Shown: positions 49,216 through 62,200 of the stretch, one piece after another
Numbering within the stretch: position 1 is the stretch's first letter
How the letters are laid out: every line of letters starts with the position of its first letter
Source of the DNA: Laetmonice hystrix
Lineage: Eukaryota
DNA length: 64,000 bases
Assembly: GCA_965235115.1 (NCBI GenBank)
Contig: OZ249447.1
Coordinates: forward strand, 9,114,001 to 9,178,000
Reading direction: 5' to 3'
Notes under the pieces: model-generated
Databases searched by the model: none
Told to the model about the DNA's origin: nothing
Seen by the model: only the letters and a program-made list of their open reading frames with translations
Program-made: the position numbers and the translations under genes

Positions 49216-49845
49216 TGTTTAATCAGGGATAGTCGGCTCCGTAGCCAGGTATCGTTAGCGGGGGGGGGGGCGGGGAGGGGGAATGACAGAATTCCGGCGG
49301 GGGTTCAATACCTATAGTTAAAAATGTCAAGGCAGGCAGTCTGGGAGAGGGAGCGGTCAACTTTTTCCGGGGGGGGGGGGGGGGTCAAGATCAAGTAGAT
49401 CGCCCAATGCATGGAGAGAACGCGGTTAGATTGGGTTGGTAGCATGTCACTTTCTCGCCCCCAATCAGGCTGGATCCAGGCCTATAGGCCTATAGTCTGG
49501 CTACAATTGTTGATAATATCATTGTTTTATAGCAAGGCCGCCTAATTAAGTACTCGTTTAATAATTGGCGTATGTCCAATATATGGGACTACTGATGTTC
49601 TCCAGTAACACTGATATTTTAGAGAATTCCTTACCTGTAACGTAACTTAAACAGAAAATGCACTTGACGGGGTCGGGGCTGAAAACGTATTGGGCACAGT
49701 TCAGTCGAGCCACTGCGTCGTAAATATACCTAGAGGTCTACCACAAGGCTGAGGATGAGAACGTAAATAGAACACGAGGTGAGACCGGCGACGGTGGTGG
49801 GAGCATGTATACATGCTCTCCTCCTCTGCTGCAGCCGCAGTAGCC

Positions 49846-49950
49846 GCCGCCGCCTTCGCAGCAGCAGCAGCAGCAGTTGTAGTAGTAGCAGCAGCAGCAG
49901 CAGCAGTTGTAGTAGTAGCAGCAGCAGCAGCAGCAGCAGCAGCTGTTGCA
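49846..49950 (-). repeat. Compound CTG/CTA trinucleotide repeat in the presumed ASB-like 5' UTR exon
   Basis: On the + strand, (CAG)n is interrupted by TTG-TAG-TAG-TAG twice. Confidence 0.9.
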
Positions 49951-51042
49951 GCAGAGCCGCCATGAAATGTAAAAAGCTTGGCTCTGATCTCTCACAAACA
50001 CCAAGGATCGTCTCTGTTTATCTTGCATTGAATGATACAGGTCCCCATAAAATGCTCCCCTGTTATAATGTCGCAGCTCTTTATTGGTACCGATAATCCA
50101 AAAGCTTTATTGAAGCTTTACATTGGAATTAAACCTTTGGTCGATTTACCTGCATATACTGTGAAATATATCTCTGGGCCAATTTCTCTCTAGCGCCTCG
50201 ATTGATATCGAAAAAGGCAGTGAATTTAAATTTTTAAAAAGAGAAGTGTTTGGCCACTAAATGACGAAGTAAGAATCGTGTCTCAAGGCTTGAAATTCAA
50301 ACACTAGTACCCTAAACTGATATACTTAAAGGTTTTATTCCTATAAATGTTTATACAAATCTACACTAGTGTTTGCATTAAACAGCGTGCATATGCCTGC
50401 AATGTCAATCTCATGATGCATGATGTAATGATTCTCTCTAGCCTGTATGCCGTATCACTTCTAGAATGCTAGCATAAGAAAAGCGGAAATCATTTCTCTT
50501 GCAAGTGGGAATATTTCACCACCGCAATGAAGCTCTTACAGAACGATTTATCAAAACAAATTATTCAGGATACCGGACGTAAGGGGAAGCGTCCACAGCA
50601 ACGTTGTCGGTTTCTGTGGCACCACGCTATCAGCAGTATTTGATTGGTCCCTTTCGGTACTGAGGTTACCATGACAAAGCCAACAGTCACAGTTCAGAAA
50701 ACCTACTCACATTTCTAATATTACAGTAGCAATAATCGTCATGACAATTCTTTAAATTAACCTTTTAACCCACTAACAAAGTTTTACTCATTACAAAATT
50801 TTCAACTTGCAAAAATTGTATTTTCAAGAGTCGGAAAAATAACGTGGCACAAAATGTAAATCAATTTAAAAATTTAATGCAAGTCCTGTTATATATTCGT
50901 TATAGATTTCTATCAATAATGGCCTGAATTTGTAACGACACCAATGTGACAGGCGGTGTTGGATAAATCGGTAATGTTTAAATGAAAAATACAACATATG
51001 TAGCAATTTCCTAGTTAGATGGGGTTAACTTAGGTGACCACC

Positions 51043-51600
51043 TTTCCACTCAAGAATTCCATGGAAGAAAGTCGCATTAGCCACCAGAGGGCCCAGGGTA
51101 GGCCCAGAGGCACTACTTTGGTGCCCCCTAACGGTGGTCCCCGAAATTATATGTCCACTTCCATCTCCTTTACTTATAGCTAGTATTCCCCGAGTTTCAG
51201 ATCATGCATTGCACCATACATTTTCTCATCTAATCTGTGGGGGACAATAAGCATATTGCAAAGATCATTACTACTATATTTTGTTAGTTTATACAGATAT
51301 TAATTTAACAGCGATAATCCCTTTCCGCTCAAGAAGTCGTTGGCAGAAAGCCGTTTTCAACCACCAGAGGGCCAAGTGTAGGCCAAGGCGACAGAGATAC
51401 TCTGTTGCCCCCTAGCGTTGGTTCACGCAACTATATGTCCATTGCCATTTCCTTTACTTGCTTGATAGTGTGCCTAAGTGTTGAACTTCAGAGCTTGCGC
51501 TGTCCCATACATTTTTTTCATATACTTTTTACGAAACTATGAGCAGCTTGCAAAGATCATCACCACTGATTCACTGCATACAGGTACATTCTGGCAACAA
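51043..51600. repeat. Diverged tandem duplication (period about 280 bp) carrying CTCF-like motifs
   Basis: CCACCAGAGGGC at 51081 and 51361; GCCCCCTA(A/G)CG at 51123 and 51407; shared CTTTCC.CTCAAGAA, TATATGTCCA and GCAAAGATCAT blocks. Confidence 0.75.
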
Positions 51601-51953
51601 AAATCATGTGCAAAACATGGATGTAAGATGTATTTTTTCTCAATATCAGAGATTTTGTTTGAAAAATGGATCCTGAAATCTCTTGATGACTTGCATAACC
51701 TTTACAATCATATCCACAACCATACTCTTTTCTCCCTTGTTTAAATGATGGAAACATGTTGAAGTTTAGTTTCAAATTTACTAAATCATGTGGTCCCAGC
51801 TGGTGGTATTTCCCTTTGATATAGGCCTATGTCCATGAAATATATGGGTCAGATGAGCAGATAAGGCCATGATATATACTGGGTCAGATAAGTAGATAGG
51901 ACCATGAAAGATAATTGGTCAAATATGCAGACAAGTCCAAGAAATATGTTGTG

Positions 51954-54900
51954 TCAAATAAGCAGATAGACAATGTAGGTAGCCAGGGCGACCCAATGGC
52001 TGGCATAGTCCAAACTGGCCCATTTGCTCAGGGTGTGGCCCATGTTGTAGCCCTGCAAGTAACAAAGGGAAATCTTAGGTGAGCAGGTACATGACAACGT
52101 ATCAGGTATACATTTGTATCTGCATTACTTGTTCGTACTGGATTACACTGTCTAAATTCATCAGACTCGTCACTGCATATTCCATTGTGTGCAAAAGGGT
52201 GGCTATTCGGCAAAGCTGTTACTGTGCTACAAAAAGCACATCTGATCTATCAAAAAGGTATTGTTGAGGTCCGTCTGCAATTTATTGCTTGTAATTTGTA
52301 CCACTGGGTATGATTGAATGGTCCCTAATGATAGGGATGTCACAGATGGCGTCAGCTTTTCACGCACCTCCACCTGTGTATCACTATTGTCAAACATGAG
52401 GCCCAGGTAGGCCAGATGGAACACTGCCAGCAGTCCAAGTGCTACGTTTGTTGTGATGACGGCCAGGTGAGTCTGCAATATATCCAAAATATTCCTTAAT
52501 AACCTTCCACTTTATGAACAACACTGGATCAGAACGATAGAAAGATGAAGCTACTCTTAGAAGTACTACCTAAAATCAATACCGGTAATTTGGAAAATCT
52601 ATAATCTGAATATCAAGATAGCCTCACTTGGGAAACTGAACTCAGACCTGGGGCTCGTTTCACTAACACTGTACGAGCTCGTATATGGCCTAAAAGCTCG
52701 TAAAGAAGCAAAAACTCGTACATTTTGCTATTATGATCTATAGAAAATACGAGCTCGTAAAATACAGTTTTCCAGAATAAAATTGCAGTTTTCAATGACA
52801 AAAAATCTGATATCTCATGACATTAAACATTATGTACATGTATTGCCCACTCTGGAAAGAAAGCTTTGATGACCTGAGATTTCCAGGAGTTCTGGTTTTC
52901 CAGGATTTTCCACTGCTGGAAAGAGGATCATTATCTTCCCAGGAGTTTCCAGGAGTCTATGAACCCTGTTAGAAATCCTTAGTACAATAAATATTGAAGA
53001 ACTTACAGACTTATAATGATGATCACAGGTCTCTTTGCACCGTTTCGCACCAATGCATGCGTCAAATGTCCTACTTAACTTCTTCCTCAACTCTAAAAAA
53101 GATAAATGTAATCCCAAACAGACACTCAGTACTGTACTACTGCTACTTGACATTATTTGTTTAATTATGGTAATTACCATCATTTAAATAAACTGAGTTG
53201 TCTCCAAGTTTGGAATGGTTTCGCAATGTGTTGATATTCCTTGTATATCACTGCAAACTTGGCCTGGTGGGCTCAGTATCTGAGCTTTAACAGGCATTAA
53301 CATCTTGTAAACTTTGCTGAATTTTTTTCTGAAGTTCAGGAATAGCAAAACATGTCCTTACCATGTTCGACATAAGAATAAAATCCCAAAGAAAGCAGAA
53401 CAGCTGCTAGCTGGAAGTTCATACCCTTTCAAAGAAAATTGTACAAATGATTATATAATATTAATTTTCATAACTGAATTCATCCAAACACTGCACATTG
53501 GGTATTTGTGAACTTTTATGTCCATAAGAATCACTCATTGATTGGAATATTTGCTCAACATAATTTTTGGAATTTCTCAGTAGCTCTTAGCAACAACATC
53601 GTATAGGAGCACACATTTTATTGAGTGAAATAAATGGATTCTTACATGAAGGATGGAACTAGCGGCGTAGGTCAGTATGACAGCAGTGAAAGTACCAAAT
53701 GGTCGGGCAGGGCGGAAAACATCTGGTAGAAATACAAACATTAGGATGAGACAATATTCTCGGTACTTCCTTATTCATTTCAACTTTCAAGCATTTACTT
53801 AATACGCAGATATGATAAAGAAACTACACCGCCCTTTCTAGCTTTCAAGTATCATTAGCTAAAAGGTTGAATTCAAAAGGAAAAGGAGCTGTCTAAAGTT
53901 TAAACACATTTTATATACTGGGCAGTACTCACAGTTTCGTAGCCAAAAATGCATAGGTAAGTTCCAATTGGCCACTACTTCTGTTAATGATCTGGGAAGC
54001 TCAATATTTAGAGGTTTTGCAACACTTAAATCCCTGAAAATCAGCACATGCATTAATATAATTTTTTCATGTAGTTCTCCAGGTGTTACAAAAAAATATA
54101 AATACAATGGAAACTGTCGAACAAGGAATTATGATATACAACCAACTGATTTTTGATGTCTTTATTCTATGCACTAATCCATTATATGAGCTACTCGTTC
54201 AGCTTATTCCAGCGACATCATTCAAACACTACCAACCCCTGCACTCACAGTAGTTATTTCACATCCATGCCTGCAGAATCAAATATTTTTGTCTATAGCT
54301 AACAAACCATATTTTTATGACATACCATTTAACATCGGTAATAACACCCTTTGGAGGCACTGATGTTCCACTTCCTCTCCTGCCATTGTGGTTAGAAGAT
54401 TTTCCCACTGAAGAGCCAAGTCCCGATAATGTTGTTGTTGCTTCAGACATGTAGCTTACAAAATAGTGACTAAACCTGAAGCCTTGTGCATCACGATATG
54501 CTGTAAACCATCTAAAAAAAACCCCATAAAATTAAACCAACCATACAGTATCTCCTCACATAAATCAACTATACAGGATGTCGAATCTGTGTACCACGCA
54601 GAGTTTATTGGTCTCCTCTTAGTTTTGTTGTTGAGATTTTTTTTAAAGTACAAGGTGTCTGTGAATCACTTCATAATTTGTTTGCTCTAGCCTAATACCC
54701 AAGTGATCAACAGGGACCTAAGATAATAAATTTATGCATACCTTCCCCAGTGATCAAGAATGAGCCAATGTACCAAACATGTTGAATGCATCAAGCACAG
54801 AAGTCCAAGTATTGTACTACAAACTGCCTTCAATAGCCATGCGAAATCCTACAAATAGATATAAATATCTAATAAATATCTAATGTGCAAGGTTAGGAAG

Positions 54901-56305
54901 ATATATGAGGTATTTTGATGACAATAATCTTCAGAGTACATAGTATTCTACCAGTACTTGTAGTTATCTCAACAATGTTTACATATTTTACTGCTCTGAT
55001 ATTTTAAGAGTATAATATCAATATTGATTCAAAGACTACTGTATACAGACATCATTTTATTTAGGCTGCTATACGTACCAACTTTATTCTCCTTTGTTTG
55101 AACAGCATATTATACTCCAGGATTGAAATCCATGGGCCAAATACAATTGAGCCAGGATGAAAGAGGTATCCCGCATACTGCCAAACTGTTGGCATGGCCT
55201 TGATTACTCCTTGATCAAGGTCAAATCCAATGGAAATGACCTTCATGGCAACAACCATTTGTGCACCTCGAATTCTGTGCCAGTCTTCATTCTCAACTAT
55301 CAGCAACTCACTGTCAACAAAATCCATCTAAAAACTGAGCTCAAAATAATATTAAAAATCTGCATAAGGACTAATTGATTGTTTTAAGGTTACGAGGACA
55401 GAATATGCATGTGTCATAGGCGAAAAAAGATAAACAATACTTGCAGATTGCCATATGATAGTGATAGTATAAAACCAATCAGATTTGCGACTAGAACACT
55501 GCTTTAAAGAGCTATGGTTAACACCTACCAGGAAAGCAGGAAGGCCACAACAAGACCAGCTGTCATTGGGCCATTGTGTCCCCGAGGTCTGGCTGAGGTG
55601 ATGATCAGCTGCAGGTATGGTACGACAGCCAAGATAAGCAAATAGATGATTGTTGTTTCAAAGAATAGATTGGCTGCCAGCAGACCACAGACAACTGATA
55701 TGGTGTGCCGTATGGCTTCCTTCACCCTCGACTCATCTGATTTGGAAAAAGTCAGAAGTGAGCACAATCAACAAGAATATATACATGTATTGCCCTTACT
55801 TTAAAAACCCATGTGGAAAAAAGGTGTAACTATCTCTGAATTTTCTACCCGTTACAATTTAAAGCAGCACTCTCATCCAATAAAGACATCTTCAAAAATT
55901 ATTATCATTATTATAAAATCCAGCACCAGCTAGGATGAAATCTACAAATTAATTTGCTTCATAAAGGGGTCTCCTGCTCCTGACAAAGCAGTTTGATTTT
56001 CAAACAACCTGTGGTAGCATTACAACAGAGAAACGCTACATACCATCTTTGAAAAACATGTGTGTTAGCCTTGATAGAAAGCAAATGGCCATCAGAGGAC
56101 AAATTGCTCCAAGCACTTGAAGTAGTGTAGCGAGGGCACAATTGTCTGCTAGTTCCAAAAGAGGAATTCGCTGATATATCATTTGCTCATCCTCATAGAG
56201 TGGGCTCTCATAGGCTCCATCACCGTAGAGGTTGTCGCCATAGTAGTCATCCAGAAACTCTCCTTCCTCATCCATTTCTGATGGAATCGTGAAGTCATCC
56301 TCCAT
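51954..56305 (-). CDS. PORCN: Porcupine, Wnt O-palmitoleoyltransferase (MBOAT). Exons 56305-56044, 55736-55529, 55310-55079, 54848-54742, 54511-54326, 54033-53933, 53722-53646, 53425-53362, 53092-53007, 52472-52368, 52052-51954
   Basis: Contains [71 protein letters not shown], catalytic [30 protein letters not shown] and [11 protein letters not shown]. All junctions are phase-consistent. Confidence 0.97.
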
Positions 56306-56899
56306 CCTGACCAATTAGGAGAGTCACCTGGCCTTGCGAGCTACAGTTCAACGAGGGGGATAAGGCACATTTGTTCCAATGATCATGACTCCATCATATC
56401 TTCAGTCAGCCAGGCCTGCATGGATAAAATATATAAAATAATACAATATTTTTCATTCCTTGCTCGTCCATTGATCTGGACATAATATATGACTAGGTTC
56501 ACTTCTTGTGATGTCATTGGCCAATTTTTGGAAAGGGGGAGTCACAGGGTTAAGCCCCCCCTCCCCCGCCCCCCCCCCCCCCTTTCCATATTTCTGTATG
56601 TAGGCCTACACACACTAGGTACACTTGGACCTAATACAGTGTAGGTATAGCTTTTAGTCTGTTTAGACATACGGTACATTATCAAATGTGAATGTAAAAA
56701 TACCCATATTAATTAATAAGGGCCAAATATTATAACCATTTCTTAGACTTTAGACATTACTTTGTTAGACTGTATTACTATTAGTCGTTAGAGCTGGCCT
56801 TCAATTTAAATAGATGCCTGAGAGTGAGAATAATCAGATGGGCTGAGGCATTTCATACCACAGAATCTATAGGTAGAGTACCTATTCTGTTTTCATACT

Positions 56900-57300
56900 A
56901 TTAGAAACATACTAGATACTGATAAGATACTGACACAAAACCACACATTACGCGGGACACTCGGCCTCTCACAGAGCCAGATCCCGTCATTGTGAATGCA
57001 TCTTCTCCCACTGTCCTGGCGCCTTCTCCCCGGTGTGAGCTGTCTCCAGTGTTAGCGCCGCAGTAGCGCCACCTTCCACTTCTCACCCGAACCTTTAGGG
57101 GCATCGTAGCGCCACCTGCTGACGACCTATATATGTGATGGCTGATTGCCACCAGTGAGTGATCGAGAACTACAAAAATGCCAGCATGACTGCCAGTGGC
57201 AGTGGGCGTGTACTTAAAAAGACGGTTCCTGTCTTCGAGCGAGGCATTTATAAACGGGACGGCTGCACTATCTAATCTGGAGTGTAACTGTAAGTATATC
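56900..57300. promoter_or_regulatory. Bidirectional promoter with non-coding first exons of PORCN (-) and CLN3 (+)
   Basis: CpG-rich island with a - strand donor (A|GTATGT) near 56910 and a + strand donor (ACT|GTAAGT) near 57290. Confidence 0.55.
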
Positions 57301-57899
57301 CCGGGAAGTCTATTTATAGGTAAAGAAACGAGGAAAGAAACTTAGAAAGGACTTTTGCCTCTGACTGTGACCTAGATTAGAATAGAACTTAGTCAAGTAG
57401 AAGAAATCAAGGATAGTTAAAAGCAAGATAATTATTATAGGGCATAGCCCTAAATTTTTTTCGTAGATTAGGCATATGTTATGAGTTGTAGGCCGCAATT
57501 TTTACTTTACAAACAGTAATCAGTAGGGGATTGGAGAGGGGGGCTAGGGAGTCCGGGCCCCCCTTAGATTTTCTTTTTTTTATGAATATAATGCATTAGT
57601 ATAGCCTATAGGCCTACGGCTACAGTCAAAATCAAAAGCCAAGCGGAGTGGGCAAAAAAAAATTAGGTGGGCCCCTTATCAAAATCCTGGTGGGCCCCGT
57701 GCGTGGCTCCCCCTTAACAAAATCAGGAATAAATTTTCCTAGCCTTGAAATGAAAGTGTTGAGGCTATTTTAATATATATATAGAAAAAATGGAACACCT
57801 CCACCTCACTTAATTATGCCGATATGAGCCCATGCTAGACTTTTGACACAGGGTCAAGGTTGTTGACCAACCTCCTGAGGCTGATTGGTAAAGACGTTT

Positions 57900-58265
57900 T
57901 TTGACACGTGCATAGAAATGGATCCTGTATGTGTTGCAACGCATGCGTCATTTAAAAAAAAAAATGGTGCACGTCGCATGCGTCCAGTACAGAATAATAA
58001 TCCCCATTCATTCTCATCACTTCTAAAAAAATCACGTGCATCGTGCTATAGTGCCATCCGGTGTAGATGTTGGCGTTCATTTTCATCACTTTTACAAAAG
58101 TCACGCACGTCACACACATACTGTGTAGATATATGCCTGTTCATTCTCATCACTTCTAAAAAAGTTGCGATCATCGTACACGTTCATTCTCATCACTTCT
58201 AAAAAAGTTGTGAGCGTCGCATGCATCCGGTGTAGATATCCCTGTTCATTCTTATCACTTCAGGT
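57900..58265 (+). repeat. Degenerate tandem repeat (ATTCTCATCACTTCTAAAAAA core)
   Basis: The core recurs about 5 times at 60-70-bp spacing, with GCATCCGGTGTAGAT blocks. Confidence 0.75.
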
Positions 58266-59289
58266 AACTTCTTTACAGTCCTTGGGGTTGTTTAAGGAGC
58301 TCAAGTAATCCTGATGCTGGTCTTGTGTTCTCCAGTCTAATTTCCATTTCTAAGCTCCATTTCTTAGGGATATAGTGATGGGAACCCGGAGAATTGGACA
58401 CAATAAGAGTATCAATGACAGGAAGCATTCAATGTGGGAACCCACGGTAGTTTTCACACCAAAAACATGAAACTCGCAGGATTTACCGTGCCAGATTGAA
58501 TAAAAAATAGTGCCAAGCTCAAATATGAGCCGAAGTACCCGAAATCTGAGGTCGCAGGTCAAGGTCAAACAGGTAAAATAAATAAATTAAGCTTCAATCA
58601 ATCCTATTGGATAATACTCTACGGCTAAATAGCCGACGATCCTAGTAACACCTAATTAACACCTAATTTGAGACAAAAATAAAACTAACCCTAGGCCTGA
58701 CCCTAAGTTTGGATTTGGTAAGTAGTTGAACTAAGATGAGTCCGTGAGTTCGTTATTATTACTATTTCTTGGAAAAACTTCCTGTCTGTAGTCAGTGCGT
58801 AAGAGCCTGGGGGGGGCAACTGCTCTCCCAAATTAGGGCAAAACAGTGGGGGAAATATGGGGCAAAGCAAAAAGAAAGAAAATCGTACAGAGAAATTTCA
58901 GGCTTTTTGGAAAGTGGGGTCTGAGTGGTGAACTAGCAGCGTTATCACCACAGGTTTTGACTTTAGTTTTTCACCACTTTGACTGTTGATACATGTGTGG
59001 CATTGTGGATCTATAAGGGTGAACAGGACGAAACCTAAGTCAGAGATTCACCGAATTTTTATTAATTGAGAACAATTATAGAAATTCCCATTATACTCTT
59101 GCTACTATAGTCGCTGTAGGCAGAGACCCCAATACCTGTACAATTTTCTTTTGAACAGCTGTTTCTGCTAATCCACTATTGGGAAATGTTTTATTTCTAT
59201 TTTTTAGGAAACTACAAAATGACAGAGCCCAGGAAGTGAGGCTGAAGCCCAATTTCTTAACAAAATTTTTGCAGGTCACATTGGAGAGA

Positions 59290-62200
59290 ATGCCACTTAC
59301 AGGTATGGCAAAAAAATTGAATACTTGATTTTTATCTTTGTTTAAGTTTTATTTCTTTTCTGTTATAAGTCCCTCTGAGCAGACATGACTCTGAATGAAA
59401 CTAATTAATTACAGTTGTGTAATGTTTCCTGCCTAATGCCTGTTTGTCTGAATGTTTTGGACTACCTTGTTACATTGTGAACTTTGTAAGTATAACCATA
59501 ATTTATTTTTCTTCTTCCAGCAGCCCAGGTTAAAAAAATTAGGGACCTTACTGGGTTCTGGTGAGTAAGAACATTATTCTAGGTCTGTGCTGATGACATC
59601 TAGTTCGTTTTAATTCTGAATTATTAGATTTTATACATGCAAGGCATGGGATGCTCCCACTCTAAGTTTCAGATATGAAATCAAGTTGATCATCATACAT
59701 CTTGGTGTCAATTGTAAGAAGATGTATGACTTCTTGTTCGTGTTCAGTAGTAACTATGACTCAATCTTGCACAGTTTACGACTTTAAAGCCCTTAGAGTC
59801 TATCAATGACGTCACTGTGATGGATACATAGATGGGGAAAAAAACTTTTTATATTTTTCCCAGGGAGCCCGGAGTGGAAGTGTCGTGACCTGAAAAACTT
59901 GCAGTTCAAAGGGTTAAGAAACTTGGGAGTCCCTTTCTAATATATATTTTTCTTTCTTTTTTTCAAACTTTTTAGGTTGCTTGGTCTATGCAACAATTTT
60001 GCATATGTTGTCATGCTCAGTGCAGCATATGACATTCTGGATGATGGCAAACAACCAGCACACAATGTAAATACATTGTATCTCTTTACTTCTACCTGTA
60101 TTGCAAGCCAGTAAAGCTAATATATGATCATTTGGAAGTGTCACCAATGCAACTGTCGGATGTATGGTCACACCTCGTTTGTCCGAACTTGGTGCCCATT
60201 AAAATGTGATGGATTGTGAAACATACAGATTACTGAATCATTTTAAATAGAAAATGGTGGAAGAGGTCAGCAGAAAGTGTGTGACTGTTCGTATTGTGAG
60301 GTATACGGATCAAAGAAACAGGGATTAATGAGGTTGGACTGTAACATAATTCCAATGTTTTCTTGGTAGGGAACTGAAACAAATGGTACAACAGTACAGC
60401 CAGAAACAGCCAATGACAGCCATAAAATGGTCTCCAACTGCCATCTTATTGGTACAGGGGTAGGTTTGATCACCAAGCTATCATCCATTCCCTCAAATTA
60501 TGCTGATCTTTATAAAGCAGTCTTTATCTGGAATTTAACTATAAAATTATGATGAATTTAAGTTAACTGTTTTCCTCTCTTTCATATGTAGGCAGTTCTG
60601 CTGGCAGATATCTTACCCGCCGTCCTTGTCAAGGTCACAGCACCATTATACATCCAGCTCATTCCATACTGGTGAGAGATTCCCAAGTACAGAATTTGAT
60701 TAATCAATGTTTGATAAGAATCATATTTAGAGTTATAACATTTTTCGCCTTTGTGAATTAGCAAAAGCTAAAGGCCATCAAATTTTTAAGTGATCAGAGA
60801 ATCTAGGGAGAGTCAGAAATGGATAAATTGAAGTAATTATCTAGTCTCAGGTAGGCTAAAGGACCTGGTTAGTTGTAGATGAATATCTGTTTTTTTTGTA
60901 GCCTAATCCAAAATATATTTTATAACCTTAGGATCAGGGTCTGTGTTGTCGTATTCCTCTCGGCCATCAGCTTTCCCTTAGTGGCAGTATCTCGGGCAGT
61001 GTGGCTTAGCCTACTAGGTAAGTCATGAAAGTTCTGATTATTTTTTCAATTCGTAAAGCACTATGTTGAGAATGTGAACCTCCTGCAAATCAGTATTTTA
61101 CACTTTCAATCATCAAATCCAACCTAATGTGAAATACACTGTGTGTTCCTCCAGGTGTGGCATGTGCGAGTGTTAGTTCTGGAGTTGGAGAGATTACATT
61201 CCTGAGTTTGTCATCTCACTTTGACAGGTATGATTTCTGTTCGTAAACCTCTTCCTGATATTAGATTTGAGCTTTCCCAGTTTGGGGATGCTAGTGCATT
61301 CAACATTGTAGATTTCTCTTGAACCTGTGGCATTGAACTTGGTCTAATTTTTTAATTTCAAACTGCTTGTATTCTGTTGGCTTTCTATAGCTGTGGGGCC
61401 TGTCTTACTAAGGTCTGGTTATTGACAATATCGTTTATTTACACAGGAGTTAATGACAGACCAACTGGTTATTAACTAGTGGCCTCCCATTTACTTCTAT
61501 ATAACTTAATGATATTATTAATATCGAGACCTTAGTAAGACGGCCCCCCTGTGGTGTTGTCTCTGTTTACAAGTGGGAAACTCATCTTTGCAGGATGCAT
61601 ATATATTTACACACATCAAATTACAAGTACAGTCAGACCCCGTTATACCGGTCGCCACTAATCCGGAAACCCCGATATCCGGACGGTAAACCTTGGGAAC
61701 GGATTTTTGGGGTTCGTTTTGTTATCATTAATCCGGATGTCCCGGTTTCCGGATCCGGACGCATTATTTATGAACAGTTCTCATCATATTTGTCTCATCA
61801 AACCGGACGGCCAACCTTCAAAATGTCTGATTACCCATATGCTGTCTGGAGCAAGTCAGGTGTAAACAGTCGACACCTAAGGTATCGGTGTACAAGCCTG
61901 CCCAGGCCAGGGCAGCCAGCGACTCAGCCTGTCACAACAAACGCGGCTTGGACCTGGCTGACCGTGCACTCACACAGCCGGTAGTGGGGTGGGGGTGGGG
62001 GTGGGGGTGAGGTACTGGTGTGTGTGCTGCAGGGGACCACTATAGGGGACCCTGCCCGGGGGTCTGGCACCCTCTCTGACCCCCAATCTTACACACTGCA
62101 CCTTCCATTTCAAATTTCACACCTTCCATTTCAAAGGTCACAGCTTGCATTTTTAAAGAGGGTGAGTTGTCTTTGAGGGTACAGGTTTTGAGCGGCTCTT

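Noticed and set aside
60267-60488. Hydrophobic - strand ORF as a nested gene
   Set aside because: It is the antisense of CLN3 exon 60370-60459.
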